Assembly (NCBI GenBank): GCA_964016885.1
Contig: OZ024742.1
Coordinates: 263,314,001-263,378,000, forward strand
DNA length: 64,000 nucleotides
From: Eledone cirrhosa
Lineage: Eukaryota
Direction: 5' to 3'
Position numbers and translations under genes: made by a program. Shown here in pieces: positions 41,470 to 55,761 of this stretch; position 1 is the first letter of the stretch, and every line of letters starts with the position of its first letter. The notes under the pieces are model-generated. The model saw only the letters and a list, made by a program, of their open reading frames with translations. It had not been told where the DNA came from and ran no database searches.

Positions 41470-41518
41470 CATATATATACATATATATACATATATATAT
41501 ATATATACATATATATAC

Positions 41519-41567
<49 letters not shown>

Positions 41568-42074
41568 CATATATATATATACATATATATACATATATAT
41601 ACATACATATATATACATATATATACATATATATATATACATATATATATATACATATATATATATACATATATATACATATATATATATACATATATAT
41701 ACATATATATATATACATATATATACATATATATATATACATATATATATATACATATATATACATATATATATATACATATATATACATATATATACAT
41801 ATATATATATACACATATATATATATATATATATACATATATATACATATATATATATACACATATATATATATATACATATATACACATATATACACAT
41901 ATATATATATACACATATATATATATACATATATACACATATATATACATATATATATATACACATATATATATATACACATATATATATATACACATAT
42001 ATATATATATATATATACATATATATACATATACATATACATATATATACATATACATACATACATATACATAC

Positions 42075-42133
<59 letters not shown>

Positions 42134-42678
42134 CATACATACATATACATATATATATACATACATACATATACATATATATATACATACATACATACAT
42201 ATACATATACATACATACATACATATACATACATACATACATATACATACATACATACATATACATATATATATACATACATATACATATATATATATAT
42301 ATATACATACATACATACATACATATACATATATATACATACATACATACATATACATATACATATATATACATACATACACATATACATATATATACAT
42401 ACATACACATATACATATATACATACATACACATATACATATATACATACATACATATATATATATATATACATACATATATATATATATATACATACAT
42501 ATATATATATATATATATACATACATATATATATATATATACATACATATATATATATATATATATACATACATATATATATATACATACATATATATAT
42601 ATATATATACATACATATATATATATATATACATACATATATATATATATATATATACATATATATACATACATACAT

Positions 42679-42711
<33 letters not shown>

Positions 42712-42829
42712 TATACATACATACATATATATATATATATACATACATACATATACATACATACATACATATATACATATATACATATATACATACATAC
42801 ATACATATATATATATATACATACATATA

Positions 42830-42861
<32 letters not shown>

Positions 42862-42955
42862 CATATATATACATACATACATATATACATACATACATAC
42901 ATATATATATACATACATACATACATATATATATACATACATACATACATACATA

Positions 42956-43047
<92 letters not shown>

Positions 43048-43093
43048 TACATACATACATACATACATACATACATACATACATACATACACA

Positions 43094-43127
<34 letters not shown>

Positions 43128-43153
43128 TACATATACACACACACACACACACA
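38735..43153. repeat. 4.4-kb (TA)n/(TACA)n array with a pure (CA)n block at ~42963-43042
   Basis: Direct reading; the + strand lacks G. Confidence 0.97.
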
Positions 43154-45314
43154 CGTGTAGTGTTATTGTACACTTGCGGTAATGTCAAATCTGGGATATA
43201 AGCCAACCCCCAACTATTTTATGCCCGAGAAATAGGCAAAAATCCAAACCCTGTTTATAAGCCAAGGCAGCTAATCAACATTATGTTTAGATGGCATGGT
43301 TATGAAATCCTCATGAGTATAAAATATATTTATGAAGTTTTAAGAGTCATTTAGAATATAGTTTGTTTCACAATTCTATTATGTAATGCTTTATTACAAT
43401 TTTTGTTTACGTCTCGTCACTCACATGCTGGGAGTAATTGAAGGCAAGAGATCGAATAAGAGAATTTTGTATAGGGATTCATATAGTAGAATAGGGAAGG
43501 AGACAGCAAGTGAGTGAAAGCAATAAAACAAATTTTATGTAAGATTGGAAGAAAAAGTATTAGTAAGTCGGAAAACAGTATGTGTATTTATGTATTAAGA
43601 TATTAAGATAATAAAAATTTGTTGGAAATATTTTAAGGAACGCATAAATAACACTTATGACAATGTAGTAAAAGACCATTGGAAAATAATCACTCTAGAT
43701 ATTTTAGCACTTTATTTATAAAGAATTTGAAATTGGTGAAAATTGGCAAAATATTGACCTTGAATCCCCATTTTACCATTGATTTTTATGTTCATTAAAA
43801 AAAAAAAAAAAAAAAAAAAAAACTTATAGTGCAGTGCAGACCACTCAGCTAATACGACACTCATCAAATATATGATACTTCTACTATATCTAGTCATGGT
43901 ACCTATTTGCAGTTTGATGAATTGAGTTAGCAAGAGTAAAATAAGTTGGATATGAGCAGAGCCTAGCAGTAGGGTACATTTAGCTTTATAACTAAATCCA
44001 TTAGTTTATATTTGACTAGGCACAAGAGCTCTATATCTTAAACATATGCATGTCACCCTTCCAGTTCCCATCGCCTAAGGGTATTTAGCTACATGATGTC
44101 AATATTGAAACCACAATTCAACACTAGCTTAATTTATTTTAGTTACCCAGCATTGAAAGCATTGCTCCTTTTGTGGTTGTCAAATATCTAAGTATTAGTT
44201 TGTTCATTCACAACAACAGAGCTATAACCCTTTACATTCTGATTTCAAATCCCACTGAGGTTAACCTTGCCTTTCATCCTTATGGGGGACGAAAAAAATA
44301 AAGTCAAGCACTGGTGTCGATATAATTGATTTTCTCCTCTCCAGAAATTGCTGGCCTTGTGCCTGCTTAAATTAGAATCATTAAATGTAGGTTCTAGACA
44401 AGGCAAACAGGTTGCTTTGCATCTATAGGGGTTTTCAGGTTGAATCATATTTCACAGAACATTGGGCAAGTGTCTCCTATAGTTGAGTGAATGAAGTTGG
44501 GTAGGGAAATTGTGGAAGCCTGTACTCAGAAATTAGAAAACAAACACCCACAAAACTAATTTATTTGCCATATCATTGGAAAAAAAAGTATACTGTATTT
44601 CTGCATGTGACTGCAGAAAACCTATGAAGGATAGAAAGAAATGAAGCAAATATATGAAATTTTAGTGTGCATGAATGACATGGCATAAACATGCTGAGAG
44701 ACAAACTTGGTACGATAGGAATTGGATGCAGTATGCAAGAGAGAAGACTGCATTAGTATAGACATGTGTATTTCCACTCCCTGTATGAGTTAGTTTCATG
44801 ACCTCTACAGTTTCTTCTACGATAGCCTTTTGAAGGAAATTCCAAACAGAAATTTTGTGGAACTCTTGGAGACTATTCCTATTCTTGGTTCACCATTTTA
44901 CATGGTTGCAATATATAATAAAAGACAAAAATATAATAACTTGCAATGAGGATAGTTTCCTGTTCGCCATCATTCTATGAACCGAGATTAGAAAAATCCA
45001 AACTATCACATGAAATGAGTTATTTTATTAACTGGTGCCACGACAAAAAAAAGCTCCCAGTGCATGCTACAATGTGGTTGGCATTAGGAAAGGCATCCGA
45101 TCTTACGAGCAAGATGTGGTAATTTGAGCTATCTAGCATCATAATGTGACAGCCTGTTTAACCCATGTAAGCATGGAAAATAGTCATTAAATAATGATAT
45201 GAAAAAAGCTGCAAAGGTCTGCAGTTGATGTGCGCGCAAACATTAAAACAAAACAAAAAACTTTTATAGTGGTAATAAAAAGAAAAAAAAAAATTCATTA
45301 AAAATCCTTATTTC

Positions 45315-45320
45315 TTTATT
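45315..45320 (-). terminator. Candidate PLK1 polyadenylation signal (AATAAA on minus strand)
   Basis: tttatt on +, ~1.1 kb past the stop, followed on minus by a U-rich downstream tract. Confidence 0.5.
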
Positions 45321-45960
45321 AGAAACAAAAACTAAAAAGCTGTTTACTTACAAATGGGGCAAAGAAAATGTTTACAGATGATTAAAATTTGAAAGGGAGA
45401 AAAAAAATTATAGAAATCCATTTTCTAAAATCGTAACAGGAAGAGATTTTAACACAACCTACATCTTAGAGTCAACCCAAGAATTTGATTGGATTTATAT
45501 AGTTTGTCTGTACATTACTTATCCCAGATATATTCTCTGCATCCTCTCCACACAATGTCATGAAGTTATGAAAGAGTTTAAAGAAAGTGGACATGTAGAC
45601 ATTAGGTTCAGGTTTTTATACCTGGCCGCGAAATGGTCCAGAAGCAAATATTGATTGTGTACAAACACAGGCACATATATATGTGTATATATATATATAT
45701 ATACACGCACACACACACACACATACATACATCATATATATCAATAAAACGATGGTGAAGAAGATAAAGCAGATATCTATTCGAATGTAGGAAAATATTT
45801 TCTATGTAGAAGAGAAAATATCAGACGATGAAGTAGAGCAACTATCAGTAAAGTTAAATGTTGCACAGCATAACAGAACCATATAAACAATCCCAGGAAA
45901 ACACTTTAAAAATGCATAATCTAACAAAAGAACAAACAAAAATGACACATGAAATGACTG

Positions 45961-45994
<34 letters not shown>

Positions 45995-46415
45995 ATAGAA
46001 TCACACACGACCAACAGTCATCTGACACAGTTAAGTAACACATCAGCAGTAATAGAAAGGAGACAGGAAAAAACAAAGGTTTAAATATTGTTTTGGAGAG
46101 AACGAGTGAATGTGGGTGTGTGAATGTGTGCATGTATGTATACTACTGAAACAGCAACACAAACCCCCACCAATTCATATATCAATAGTATGTATATCTC
46201 AAATATATATGTACAAGACATACGAGTGTCAAAGTCAATGCACTCAGGAACTGATGTGTCCATTTGCACTATTTCCTAGTAACCACGAGAACTGTTGAAT
46301 TCAAGAATTGGTAGTGAACCCTTCCACCATGCTCAAGTTTCTTGATGTCGATATAGCCTCTCCATCACACCAAATGATTTATCAATCACTATTCAATGAT
46401 TTACGTAATGAGAGA

Positions 46416-46640
46416 TTATTTGACATTCTTTGGCTTAGGACGTAGTGGAAGATTCCTACTAATGAAGCGTTCAACTATGGTTTTGGCATAACATAGGCGA
46501 TCAAACAGATCTTTTGTGACACCACACTCCTGAAGAGTGTTGAATCGGAACGTTTTACAGTTTCTCTTCTCATCAATGTAAGTCACTGCTTGCATCACTG
46601 GACACAGGATTATTTTGGTGTGATCTTCAAAGAAATTGAT
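46416..46640 (-). CDS. PLK1: PLK1 last coding exon (polo box 2)
   Basis: cag|INFFEDHTKIILCP...RLCYAKTIVERF...NVK*; the HTK phosphopeptide pincer is retained. Confidence 0.95.
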   Translation of the reverse strand: MNFFEDHTKIILCPVMQAVTYIDEKRNCKTFRFNTLQECGVTKDLFDRLCYAKTIVERFISRNLPLRPKPKNVK

Positions 46641-46884
46641 CTGCAACAAGAAAAAATAAACACCTTTTAGAATCTTCAATGTTGAATGAATTTTAAAAAG
46701 CAAAAAGTTGGCACATGCGTCTGAGCACTGAACTAAACAATCATTTAATTCATTTATCCCTTGTGGCCGTACATAATTATTTCCATTAGTATTTGACACT
46801 ACCTCCCGAAGCCAGAAGTTAGACAGGAGTTTATGGTTTGGGGATTCTTTCATTAAAGCAAATGACAAACATTTGCCACATCAA

Positions 46885-47465
46885 CAAAAACTGCCACCAT
46901 TTATTCGACTTCCTTCCAATGCAGTAGCTGGCTCTCAACTGGTCTTCATGGACTACTCCATTGATGTGCTCTGATGTAGTCTTTTACTGCCCTCGGACAT
47001 GGCAACAATGTGGTGTTTCCCTGTCTTTTGTTTTCGCTGGACGCTTGTAAAATCATTGGGAGTCGAATTTGTGATCACAGTCCTCTTATGCCAGGCTGTT
47101 GCCACCAGGTTCGTTTTTGCCTCTGGATTGTATCATCTTGTTGCTTCAATTTTGCCAAGATAACAGCTTTTTTCTTATTGTGCTGCAAGGATAGGTCCTA
47201 TTTTTAAAATGTTCCCAAAAGAATTTGACAGAGGAGAAAAATTATAATACACTTGACCCCCCCCCCCCCCATGTTCTTTGCGAGGTCCTACACAACTTTT
47301 TCTCCAAGTCCTTGTTCTGTTTGATTTGGGACTTTCCCTGTGTACACTTGGAAAGCCGTTTATATAGCCGTTGTGTGGACCAGCTCACATCCACAATTTA
47401 ATCCCAAGCTTTGAAGGCTTCAGTGGAAAATATTGTAACTACACAACCACCCCTGACCATGGAAG
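46885..47465 (-). mobile_element. piggyBac transposase catalytic-core remnant
   Basis: QYFPLKPSKLGIKLW*...FQVYTGK...EQGLGEKVV*DL...CPRAVKDY...GRKSNKWW, with stops and frameshifts. Confidence 0.75.
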
Positions 47466-47791
47466 CTTTAGTTACTGGTCCATTATACCAGTACTGATAT
47501 CACTGGAAGTTGACTGACATCTCAACCACAGTCTATTATAGAAAAAACAATTGACAAACTCCCAGACACCATTTGCTTACCAAGTGGGGTGGAACTTGTC
47601 AAATTGGACCAAAGAATGTTCCCATTGGTTGCAACTCTTGGTATGTGGCTTAGTGGTCAGAGAATTGGACATGCTATCGAGAGATTGTGAGCTCGATTCC
47701 TGAACAGGGTGATGTGTTATGTTATGTTCTTGAACATAGTACTGGTATAATAGATCAGGGTTGACATCAACGGAGATTGACCTGAGGTTAA

Positions 47792-48669
47792 CCCTTTAAT
47801 GTTCAAACCGCCCAAAATTATTTCTCCATTTGTTCAAACCGCCTGATAACACCCACACTAAAAAAAATCTTTCTAAAAATAAACAAACCATCATCAAAAT
47901 CTTGTCAATTCGAGACTGCTGCGAGATTAGGCCCTTACCACGAAAATTAACACTTAATATAGTGAAACAAGTTAAAACAACAAGTGTTTTTTTTAACTTT
48001 GAAAGTACAAATTTTTTTATTTATTCAACATGGCCTATGAAAGTAGTAATACCGACTTTGAAGGTTTTACACACGATGACATTCAGAATAAACAAGAAAC
48101 AAACAATATTAGTGATTTATCTTCAAATGAATCTGATGTTTATATTTCTGAAATTTCGTCCGACGATGATTGTTTTGAAAGTGAAAACGAAGGAGGTCTC
48201 CAGGGCGCCATTGAAAATATTACAGCAACGTGGTTGAAAAATACCACACTATATGTTCCCAATTTTATTCAAAATACTGGTCCACAACACACATTAGCAA
48301 CTTTCTTCGAAGTTGTGACAGAAGAGATTAATCGATATGCCCAACAACAGATTTCAAATCGAGGAAAACCCGATTTGTTTGGCGACCGATAGATGCTGCG
48401 GAAATGCAAGCATTTTTTACCGTAAATTGTTTTATACCAAACAGGTATAAAACAATTTCTAAGACTGTAGAATTACTGGAACACTGATATAAGGTTTAGT
48501 GATCCTTGTATATCGAATATTATGCCGAAAACAACATATTTAAAATTAAACCAGTATTTGCACCTGGTTGATACTTCAAATGCCCCTATTAATTAATTTC
48601 ACCTGCCCATAAAAGTCAAATTTGAACAGATAAGCACGACGTTCGAAAATTAATGCGAATGCTAAAGGG
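47792..48669 (+). mobile_element. Internally deleted piggyBac element
   Basis: TTAA|ccctttaatgtt...aatgctaaaggg|TTAA; acidic N-terminus, EEINRYAQQ, NYWNTD...NIMPKTTYLKLNQYLHLVD. Confidence 0.85.
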
Positions 48670-49533
48670 TTAAACAACAAGATGTGACATTGTGATCTCA
48701 TATATTCTCCTTTAGTCAATACCCAACTCATAACTTTCAAACATCTAAGTATCTGGCAACTAAGGAAGGCCTTCATATGGCTATAAAACATTCTTAGGAG
48801 CTAAGAAAAATCTCCACAAAGATGTCTTGTTACAGAACAATGTATAAATATGAAGAATTCTTTGATGCACTCAATAACTAATTTAACTGTAAACATTAAA
48901 AGCTTGGCAAAATCAAAACAGACAAATCTCTCATTAAGCTAAGAAATGTTAACATTGTTTCAGTTTTCATAATATCAAATAATTATATGTAAAAATACTA
49001 TATTAACATGTTCTATACAATAACCAAATTATCACCAATGTTTTTACAGTGACTTTTCCATGCTAGCATGGGCTGAAAGAGACTTTTTGAGGTAATGTTT
49101 TACAGCGAGATGTACTACCCGACACCAACCCTTTTAGTCCATTCTTGCAACATGGTGTACCTATTATAAACTGAATACAGTTTTAATACGAGTGTAAAAC
49201 CCATCTTGGCTCATGTCTAACAAAAGTGCTGCATGGTATGTAAAATGGTGGCCACCACTTCTCTATGTAACGATTAGCCAAATTTCCATCTAATTACACC
49301 CCTACCATATTACATTAACCCATTAGCATTTAAACCGGCCATATCTGGCCAGAATTCTCACCTCCTGTTCAAACCAGCCATACCTGGCTGCTCATACTGA
49401 CGTTAAGGTATTGTTCTCAAAATAAACAACATCTGCTTGATCTGGACTAAACAACAATTGTCACATTAAAAAAAAAAAAAAAAAAAAAAGAAAGTAAAGA
49501 AAGCAGTAATTATTGTTAAAATGTAAAAATTAC

Positions 49534-49650
49534 CTGAACAGTGCCATTGCTGAGGTAAAGGTTGATGGCACTTTTGGTTCGGAACCAAGATTTCAAGAAA
49601 GGTAGCCTGCAGTACTTATCACTGTCACGAGTTCTGATCCCAGCACCAGC
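49534..49650 (-). CDS. PLK1: PLK1 exon (PB1-PB2 linker, start of PB2)
   Basis: cag|AGAGIRTRDSDKYCRLPFLKSWFRTKSAINLYLSNGTVQ|gtaatt. Confidence 0.95.
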
Positions 49651-49891
49651 CTGTGAAAGGAGAATAATGCAATAACTAGGGATACATACATACACCCTTT
49701 TCACCTAGCATACTTCTCACCAGTGATACACACACACACACACACACCCTTTCAGATTCTTGGTGTTAAAGTTAAATGAGTTGGTGATGAGAGAGAGAAA
49801 GAGATAGAGAGATAGAGGAGAGAGAGATAGAGAAGAGAAAGAGAGAGAGAGAGAGAGATATGGAGATAGATTAAGAAAGACAGAGCCTTAC

Positions 49892-50021
49892 CTTAAGTAA
49901 ATGTTCGCTCATGTAACTGCGGAAATATTTCAGAAGTATCACTTTCTTTTTGTACTCTTCTGGAAAATTGGTCATGTTGAAGTACGACTCTACATTGTTC
50001 CTATCAATGTACTCCATGTAC
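49892..50021 (-). CDS. PLK1: PLK1 exon (polo box 1 C-terminal half)
   Basis: tag|g YMEYIDRNNVESYF...KKKVILLKYFRSYMSEHLLK|gtaagg. Confidence 0.95.
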
Positions 50022-50749
50022 CTAGAGAGAAATGGACCAAGAAACTGATATAGGCACATGGTGTACAGTGGTTATAGCTGCAAGAGTGGGTTAATGAGTG
50101 GAAAACAGATCTGGAGACAAGAGCGAGTGAGGACACTGATTTGGATACCAGAGGGATTGAGTGGAAGATGGAGATAAAAGTTCCAACAAGTGGGAATAGA
50201 TCATACAATAACCATACACACTGGGATACAAGGGCAGAATTGGGTAAAAGATTCATGTCATAAAATGTACTCAATTTCTGAAGAAATAAAATAAATTGGG
50301 TTTCTATCATGTCGTGATCAAAACTTATCCCGCACTTTTTTTTTTTTTTTTACCATTTATGGAACACTGACGGGGCAGACATGGTCTCTGTAAGCTGTAG
50401 TGAAGGCTACTCACCTAGGAGAGTAGACACTACAAATAAAAACCGATACAGAATGGAGAGGACTTTTAAGAAGTCTGGTAAAACAACTTCTCTAGTGCTG
50501 GTGGCATGAACAATGCACCTAGCCCACACTAAAGTGGTTAGTGATAGGAAGAGCATCCAGCCAAAATTATGAAAAGCCAGATCAATATGATTTCCACTAG
50601 TTGTGAACACGGCTAACACTACATGTTAGTGGGGTGGCCAGAGTAGCCAAGTGTGAGGAGGTTCTCCTCGGGCATCATCAAGCAATCGCAAAGCCTTTTT
50701 CTCTTTTAGGTACATAGAGCTTATGCTCAATGAAGTAATAACTGTCAAA

Positions 50750-53108
50750 GCACAAATCTCAGGATGGCCACACTCAATGTTGGCACCCTGAAAGGTAAAT
50801 CAAGTGTAATTATGGGAACTGTTAGAGAAAAGAGAAGTAGATGTATGCTGTGTACAAGAAGTGAGATGGAGGGGGTGCCTCATCGAGACTAATTACAAGC
50901 AAACAACAAAGATATAAACTCTAATAGGTAGAAATGACAATGGGGTAGGATGTGTAGGTATTTTACTAACTAAAAAATAGATAGATAAGGTGATAAAAGT
51001 AGTTAGAGTAAGTGACAGAATCATCAAGCTTAGAATACTTGTAGGAAATAGACTGGTCACAATCACATCTACCTATGCTCCACAGAGAGAAGTAAAGACC
51101 AAAAGGACAGGTACTATGAGGAACTTTTACAAACAGCGTTTGGTACGGATGAAAGAGACATTCTGGCAGGTGACTTCAATGGACATGTGGAGCAGTACCA
51201 GGGTAGATTCTGTGGAGTTCATGGTGGCTATGGTTTTGGCTCAAGAAATGGAGAAGGATTGAAGCTCCTGGAATTCTGTCATACGAATGAATTAACCATT
51301 TGCAACACATATTTCAGGAAACCAGTCAACTACCTAATTTCATATCAATCAGGTGAACACACAAGCCAAATGGATTGTAATAAGTACTAAGGCCTTCCCC
51401 AGAGAAGAATGCACCGTTCAGCACAAGTTATTTATTAGTGACATCAAAACAAAGAAAAGAAAGAAAAAGACACGCAGGAAAATATGGAGATGAGAGGTGT
51501 GGAAGCTGAAGGACCTTTTGGTAAAATATAGGTTTAGAAAGGTCATACAGGATGTACTTGATGAGAAGGATGATGAACTAGATACATATAATGTAGAAGA
51601 CAACTGGAAATTCTTACGCGACAGCCTTTTGCAAACTACTGATGAGACTTGCAGCTGGAGAAGCGCTAGCCAAACAGAGAGTTGCCTCGTGATGGAACAG
51701 CACAGTAGATGCAGCCAACATTTTTTCACGCTCAGAGTTGCTGAAGCATGGAACAAACTACCTGCATCAGTTGTTAGCTGTCGAGACACTGCATCCTTTA
51801 AGGCCTCCATGCTTCCCGAGATCTGCCAACACTACAGCTAACACATACACACATGTACTTCCCTGACATTTGTGTATTATTCTATGTACTATATTGACGA
51901 GTTGTTGTGCACCTGAGCACTTTACACAATAATTTCATTATTATTAAAGCTAAGAGACAGGCATGGTAAGACTGGAAAAATGGGGATAGCAGAGACCAGA
52001 ACCAAGTAGCTAAGAAAGAAGCTGAAGAAGGTAAATTTGCTAATGTCTTGAGACATGAAGTGTTCCATATTGCAAGGCAGTGTGTTAGTGTGAATTAAGA
52101 TGTTGAGGAAAAATGTGTTAGAAATGATGCTGGTGCATTTAGCACCACTGATGCCCAAAAGAAAGGCTTGGAAATGTTATCATGAGAGACTGATGAATGT
52201 AGAAATGAATGGGATGAAGAGAAACTAGCCCCAACTTATCCTAAGAAAGGAGCAGCTACTGACGTTGACATGTTTAGGGTCAAAGACGCAATCAAGGAAA
52301 TGAAGAATGGTAAAGCTGCAGGACCATCAGATATAGTTGCTGAGATGCTAAAAGCATCGGGAGAGGTAGGAGTCAAACTAGTAACCCATATAGTAAATCA
52401 TGTAATACATGACGAAGTTATACTCAATGACTGTTGCAGCAGTACTATCATAAATTACTACAAGGGCAAAAGTGATGCTCAAGAAAGGAACAACTATGGA
52501 GTAATATAACTAATGGATCAAGTTATGAAAGTGACAGTTATAGCACAGCTTATTAGGGAAAGAGTAAAATTAGATGAGATGCAGTTAGGTTTCATGCCTG
52601 GGAAAAGTATTACAGATGCCTTCTTAGTGAGGCAACTACAAGAAGTTCCTAGCCAAAAGGAAGGTCGTACGACACCTGTTTGCAGTGCGCAATGCTCCAT
52701 GGCAGTGAAACATGGGCTGTGATGACAGAGGACATGCATAGACTGGAGAGAATTGAAGCAACCATGTTTCGTTGGATGTACAATGTAAATGTGAAAGGCA
52801 GAGCCTGGATGAACTGAGGGAGAAGCTGGGTTTAAGAGGAATGTGAGATGGTGTGCAGGAGAAAAGACTGCATTGGTATGGACATGGACAATGACCGATG
52901 GGTGAAGAAATGTCAAGAAATCCCAGTGGAAGGAAGCAGCAGTAAAGGACAACCAAGAAAGACTTGAGCAGTGGTTGTGAGAGCGGATCTCAAATTGCTA
53001 AGACTGGAAGAGGAGATGATGAAGGAACACGACAAGTGGAGAGATGCCATGCTGAGAAAGACCCATCCAACCCATACAAGCACAGTAAAGTGGACGTAAA
53101 AATGATGA
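50750..53108 (+). mobile_element. Near full-length degenerate RTE LINE (APE endonuclease plus RT remnants)
   Basis: ATLNVGTL, VDVCCVQEVRW, GDFNGHV, ICNTYFRK, MKNGKAAGPSDI, QLGFMPGKS; many stops and deletions; gacgtaaaaatgatg tail. Confidence 0.88.
51717..51942 (+). mobile_element. CR1-like 3' fragment nested in the RTE
   Basis: HFFTLRVAEAWNKLPASVVSCRDTASFK plus (TTA)n tail; same family as 18990-19765. Confidence 0.85.
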
Positions 53109-54560
53109 CAGCTTAAATACAAAATCACCAGGGCTGGATCCCAAAGGAGGCTACTGGTTTTGTAATCTTTGGATAGTAACCTTTTAAGTACTATGGAACC
53201 CACTGAAGATCCAGCCTTTGACTTTTCTCGAAATAACTATATTTTGGCACCACATTACAGTATTTTGGGGGCAAGATTTCCAACGGTATTTATATGATGG
53301 TGACTAGCATACACACTCACATATACAATGGGCTTCCAACAGTACCATCCTCACAGGTTTACGTCCATTCTTCCACACTAGCATGGATTAGATGAGTTGT
53401 GGGCAATGCCAGGTCAGGTGACCATGTCTTGCTCATACAGAACTGATTTTGGCTTGATCTCTACAGCTGGATGCCCTTCCTAACACCAACCTCATTTACA
53501 GTGAGTACTGGGTGCTTTTTTTGCCGTGACACCTACATGACCACTTTACACTGGGAGGAGGGCATAATGTCTATATACTTCAGCTTGTACTCGTGGGAAG
53601 TCAGGTCATCATTATCACCATTTTATGGCAGCATTCTGTGTTGGCACAGCCTGAATGGATTATCAAGATCCGAGACTAAACATGCTGGAAAACTACATCT
53701 TGCTTATATCCACCAAATTTACAAGATATTAGGCCGGTCAGAAAGCCACATGTGTGTGTTAACTGCTAACAAACTGCCACATATGAATTGTAGAGTCAAT
53801 TAATCAAATGGCTCTTTTCTATATGGTCAAAGATGTCTGTGTAAAGATGAGCAGCACTTAATCATTGGTTTTACTCAGGACGATAAGTTGAAGGCATAGC
53901 TTTATAGTAAAGTTAGCTAGATGATGAAAGCTGTAACAGCATGATATTTGTAGACTTGTAGTGAAATCTGTCCACACCTTGAACCCTGGGTGACACAGAA
54001 AGGTCAAATTCTGGGTAACCTTTTCAGGTAAACAAGTCTATGCGTGGGCGACGATCCCTCGAAGCGGGAGACAGGAGATCAGACCAAGCAAAAGACTTTG
54101 GAGCAGTACACGAGAAAGTAACCATGTAAAAAATTTGCTTCCTGCAGACGTCTTGGGGTCTACAGACCTTTCTATCTTTCTCCTAGTCTCACAGGCTCTA
54201 GCCACAGACTACACCAGCAAAACAAACAACAAAAACATTGTCAACCATTATAACTTGTAGTAACCTATTCTTTGTTATTTATTAAGTGAAGTGAAGTAAA
54301 TTTTATATCAGAATGAAACCATCTATTTTGTGTTTTTTTTCACCTAACAATAACTACTAACTTCAGCTTTGCTTCAGACTCTCAGATTAGTGATCAAAAG
54401 TGTCAGTAGAGTTTGTAGGAGTGAGACAAAGATGAGGGCATCAGTGGTGGTATTATCAAACACGAATATTTAGTGGACACAAACATAAGAGGAAAACAAC
54501 AATCCCAGATTAGACAGAGATAAGACTAGGGTTGAACAGTGGACAAGAAATATTACTTAC

Positions 54561-54714
54561 TCTTCATTTGCCATGATGATCAAACGTGTTGAATCATTGA
54601 ACAACACACCAAAACTATTGTCACACAGCATGTAACCAATACCATATTTATCACTGTAGTCCACCCACTTACTGATCCAATACAGTGGAATGGCTGCAGG
54701 GTCTTCAACATCCT
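54561..54714 (-). CDS. PLK1: PLK1 exon (polo cap, start of PB1)
   Basis: cag|(E)[44 protein letters not shown]...|gtaagt. Confidence 0.96.
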
Positions 54715-54738
54715 CTGAAAGACAAAACAAATTTATAT

Positions 54739-54770
<32 letters not shown>

Positions 54771-54901
54771 GTCCTCATTGTAATAACAAGTGCTATTATT
54801 TTTCAAAGTAATAATTTAGAGACAAAAGAATTGGTAATGCTCTCAAGCCAAACAATTACAGTAATAGGTTTTGGTCTGATATGCAGTATATCCATTTGCT
54901 T

Positions 54902-55125
54902 TAAACCCTTTTGTTACCATATTTCTAATGAAACACGCTGCCCATGATTTTCAAAATAACCAAGAATTTGGTGGGGTTTAGTAATATAACTAACTTTCTC
55001 ATTATTAATCCAGTATTTGGAACATACCAAAGCAACTTACATTAAATGATGGAAGGTTTGTAGATAAACATAATCACTTTAAAATAAATATAGATCCAAT
55101 GGTGGTTTGGTAATGAAAGGATTAA
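54902..55125. mobile_element. piggyBac-like MITE (second family), degenerate
   Basis: ttaaacccttttgttacc ... ggtaatgaaaggattaa; similar in reverse orientation to 23575-23719. Confidence 0.5.
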
Positions 55126-55554
55126 AATGGTAGGAATGGAATTTGTAAGTTCTTGCTGTTTTTTCAAATAGTTAGAGTGACCATATAAAGTAGGATCTCC
55201 TTCATTTGACTATCTGTATACTACAGGTTGGCTTGAGGCCAGAAATAACCAAGAGCTACACATTCTCTTTGGCATAAACCATGAAGCTCTGACTATCTGA
55301 AGCACTTTAACCTCAACAAAATAACTACTGACATTGCTACTAACAACTGCATTGCACACCTCACTGATCCAGTTTGATTAAAACTAAAACCAGGATCTAC
55401 ACCATATTTGAAATAAGTGGCACAAATAGAATTTAGTTGGAATATCAGCTCACTCGGTTTCCTTGAGATATAACAAGAGTATTACAACTTCTGTAGGAGG
55501 AAACATTCTTGTCAACTAAAAACCCCCCACCCAGACATGGTATAATATACCTAC

Positions 55555-55638
55555 CATCCAGCATATCTCGGTTGTTGTTTTTTAGGTTTATCACACCCTC
55601 TAGTAGTTCAGTCAAATCTTTCAAGCTATTGTGATCAT
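55555..55638 (-). CDS. PLK1: PLK1 exon (inter-domain linker helix)
   Basis: cag|(D)DHNSLKDLTELLEGVINLKNNNRDMLD+g|gtaggt; phase 1/1 fits its neighbours. Confidence 0.85.
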
Positions 55639-55761
55639 CTGAAATGAATATAAAGAGAAATTACTTCTATGTTAATGAAGAGTAGGATTAACAGAGGAGA
55701 TAAACATGGAAAGAAAAGGAGCAAGGGATAAAGAAAAAATGTAATAAAGTGCCCAACAAAC

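Noticed and set aside
34516-43206. 706-2140-aa ORFs, including an apparent repeat-RT fusion protein of 2140 aa
   Set aside because: Only 38692-36728 (and 34790-34516 of the older RTE) is protein-like; the N-terminal extensions are stop-free microsatellite and poly-T.
45381-45387. CPE-like UUUUAAU near the PLK1 poly(A) signal
   Set aside because: Plausible for a maternal cell-cycle mRNA, but expected by chance in such AT-rich sequence.
48030-48392. Possible domesticated PGBD gene
   Set aside because: Premature stop, missing catalytic core, and still bounded by TIRs and TTAA.
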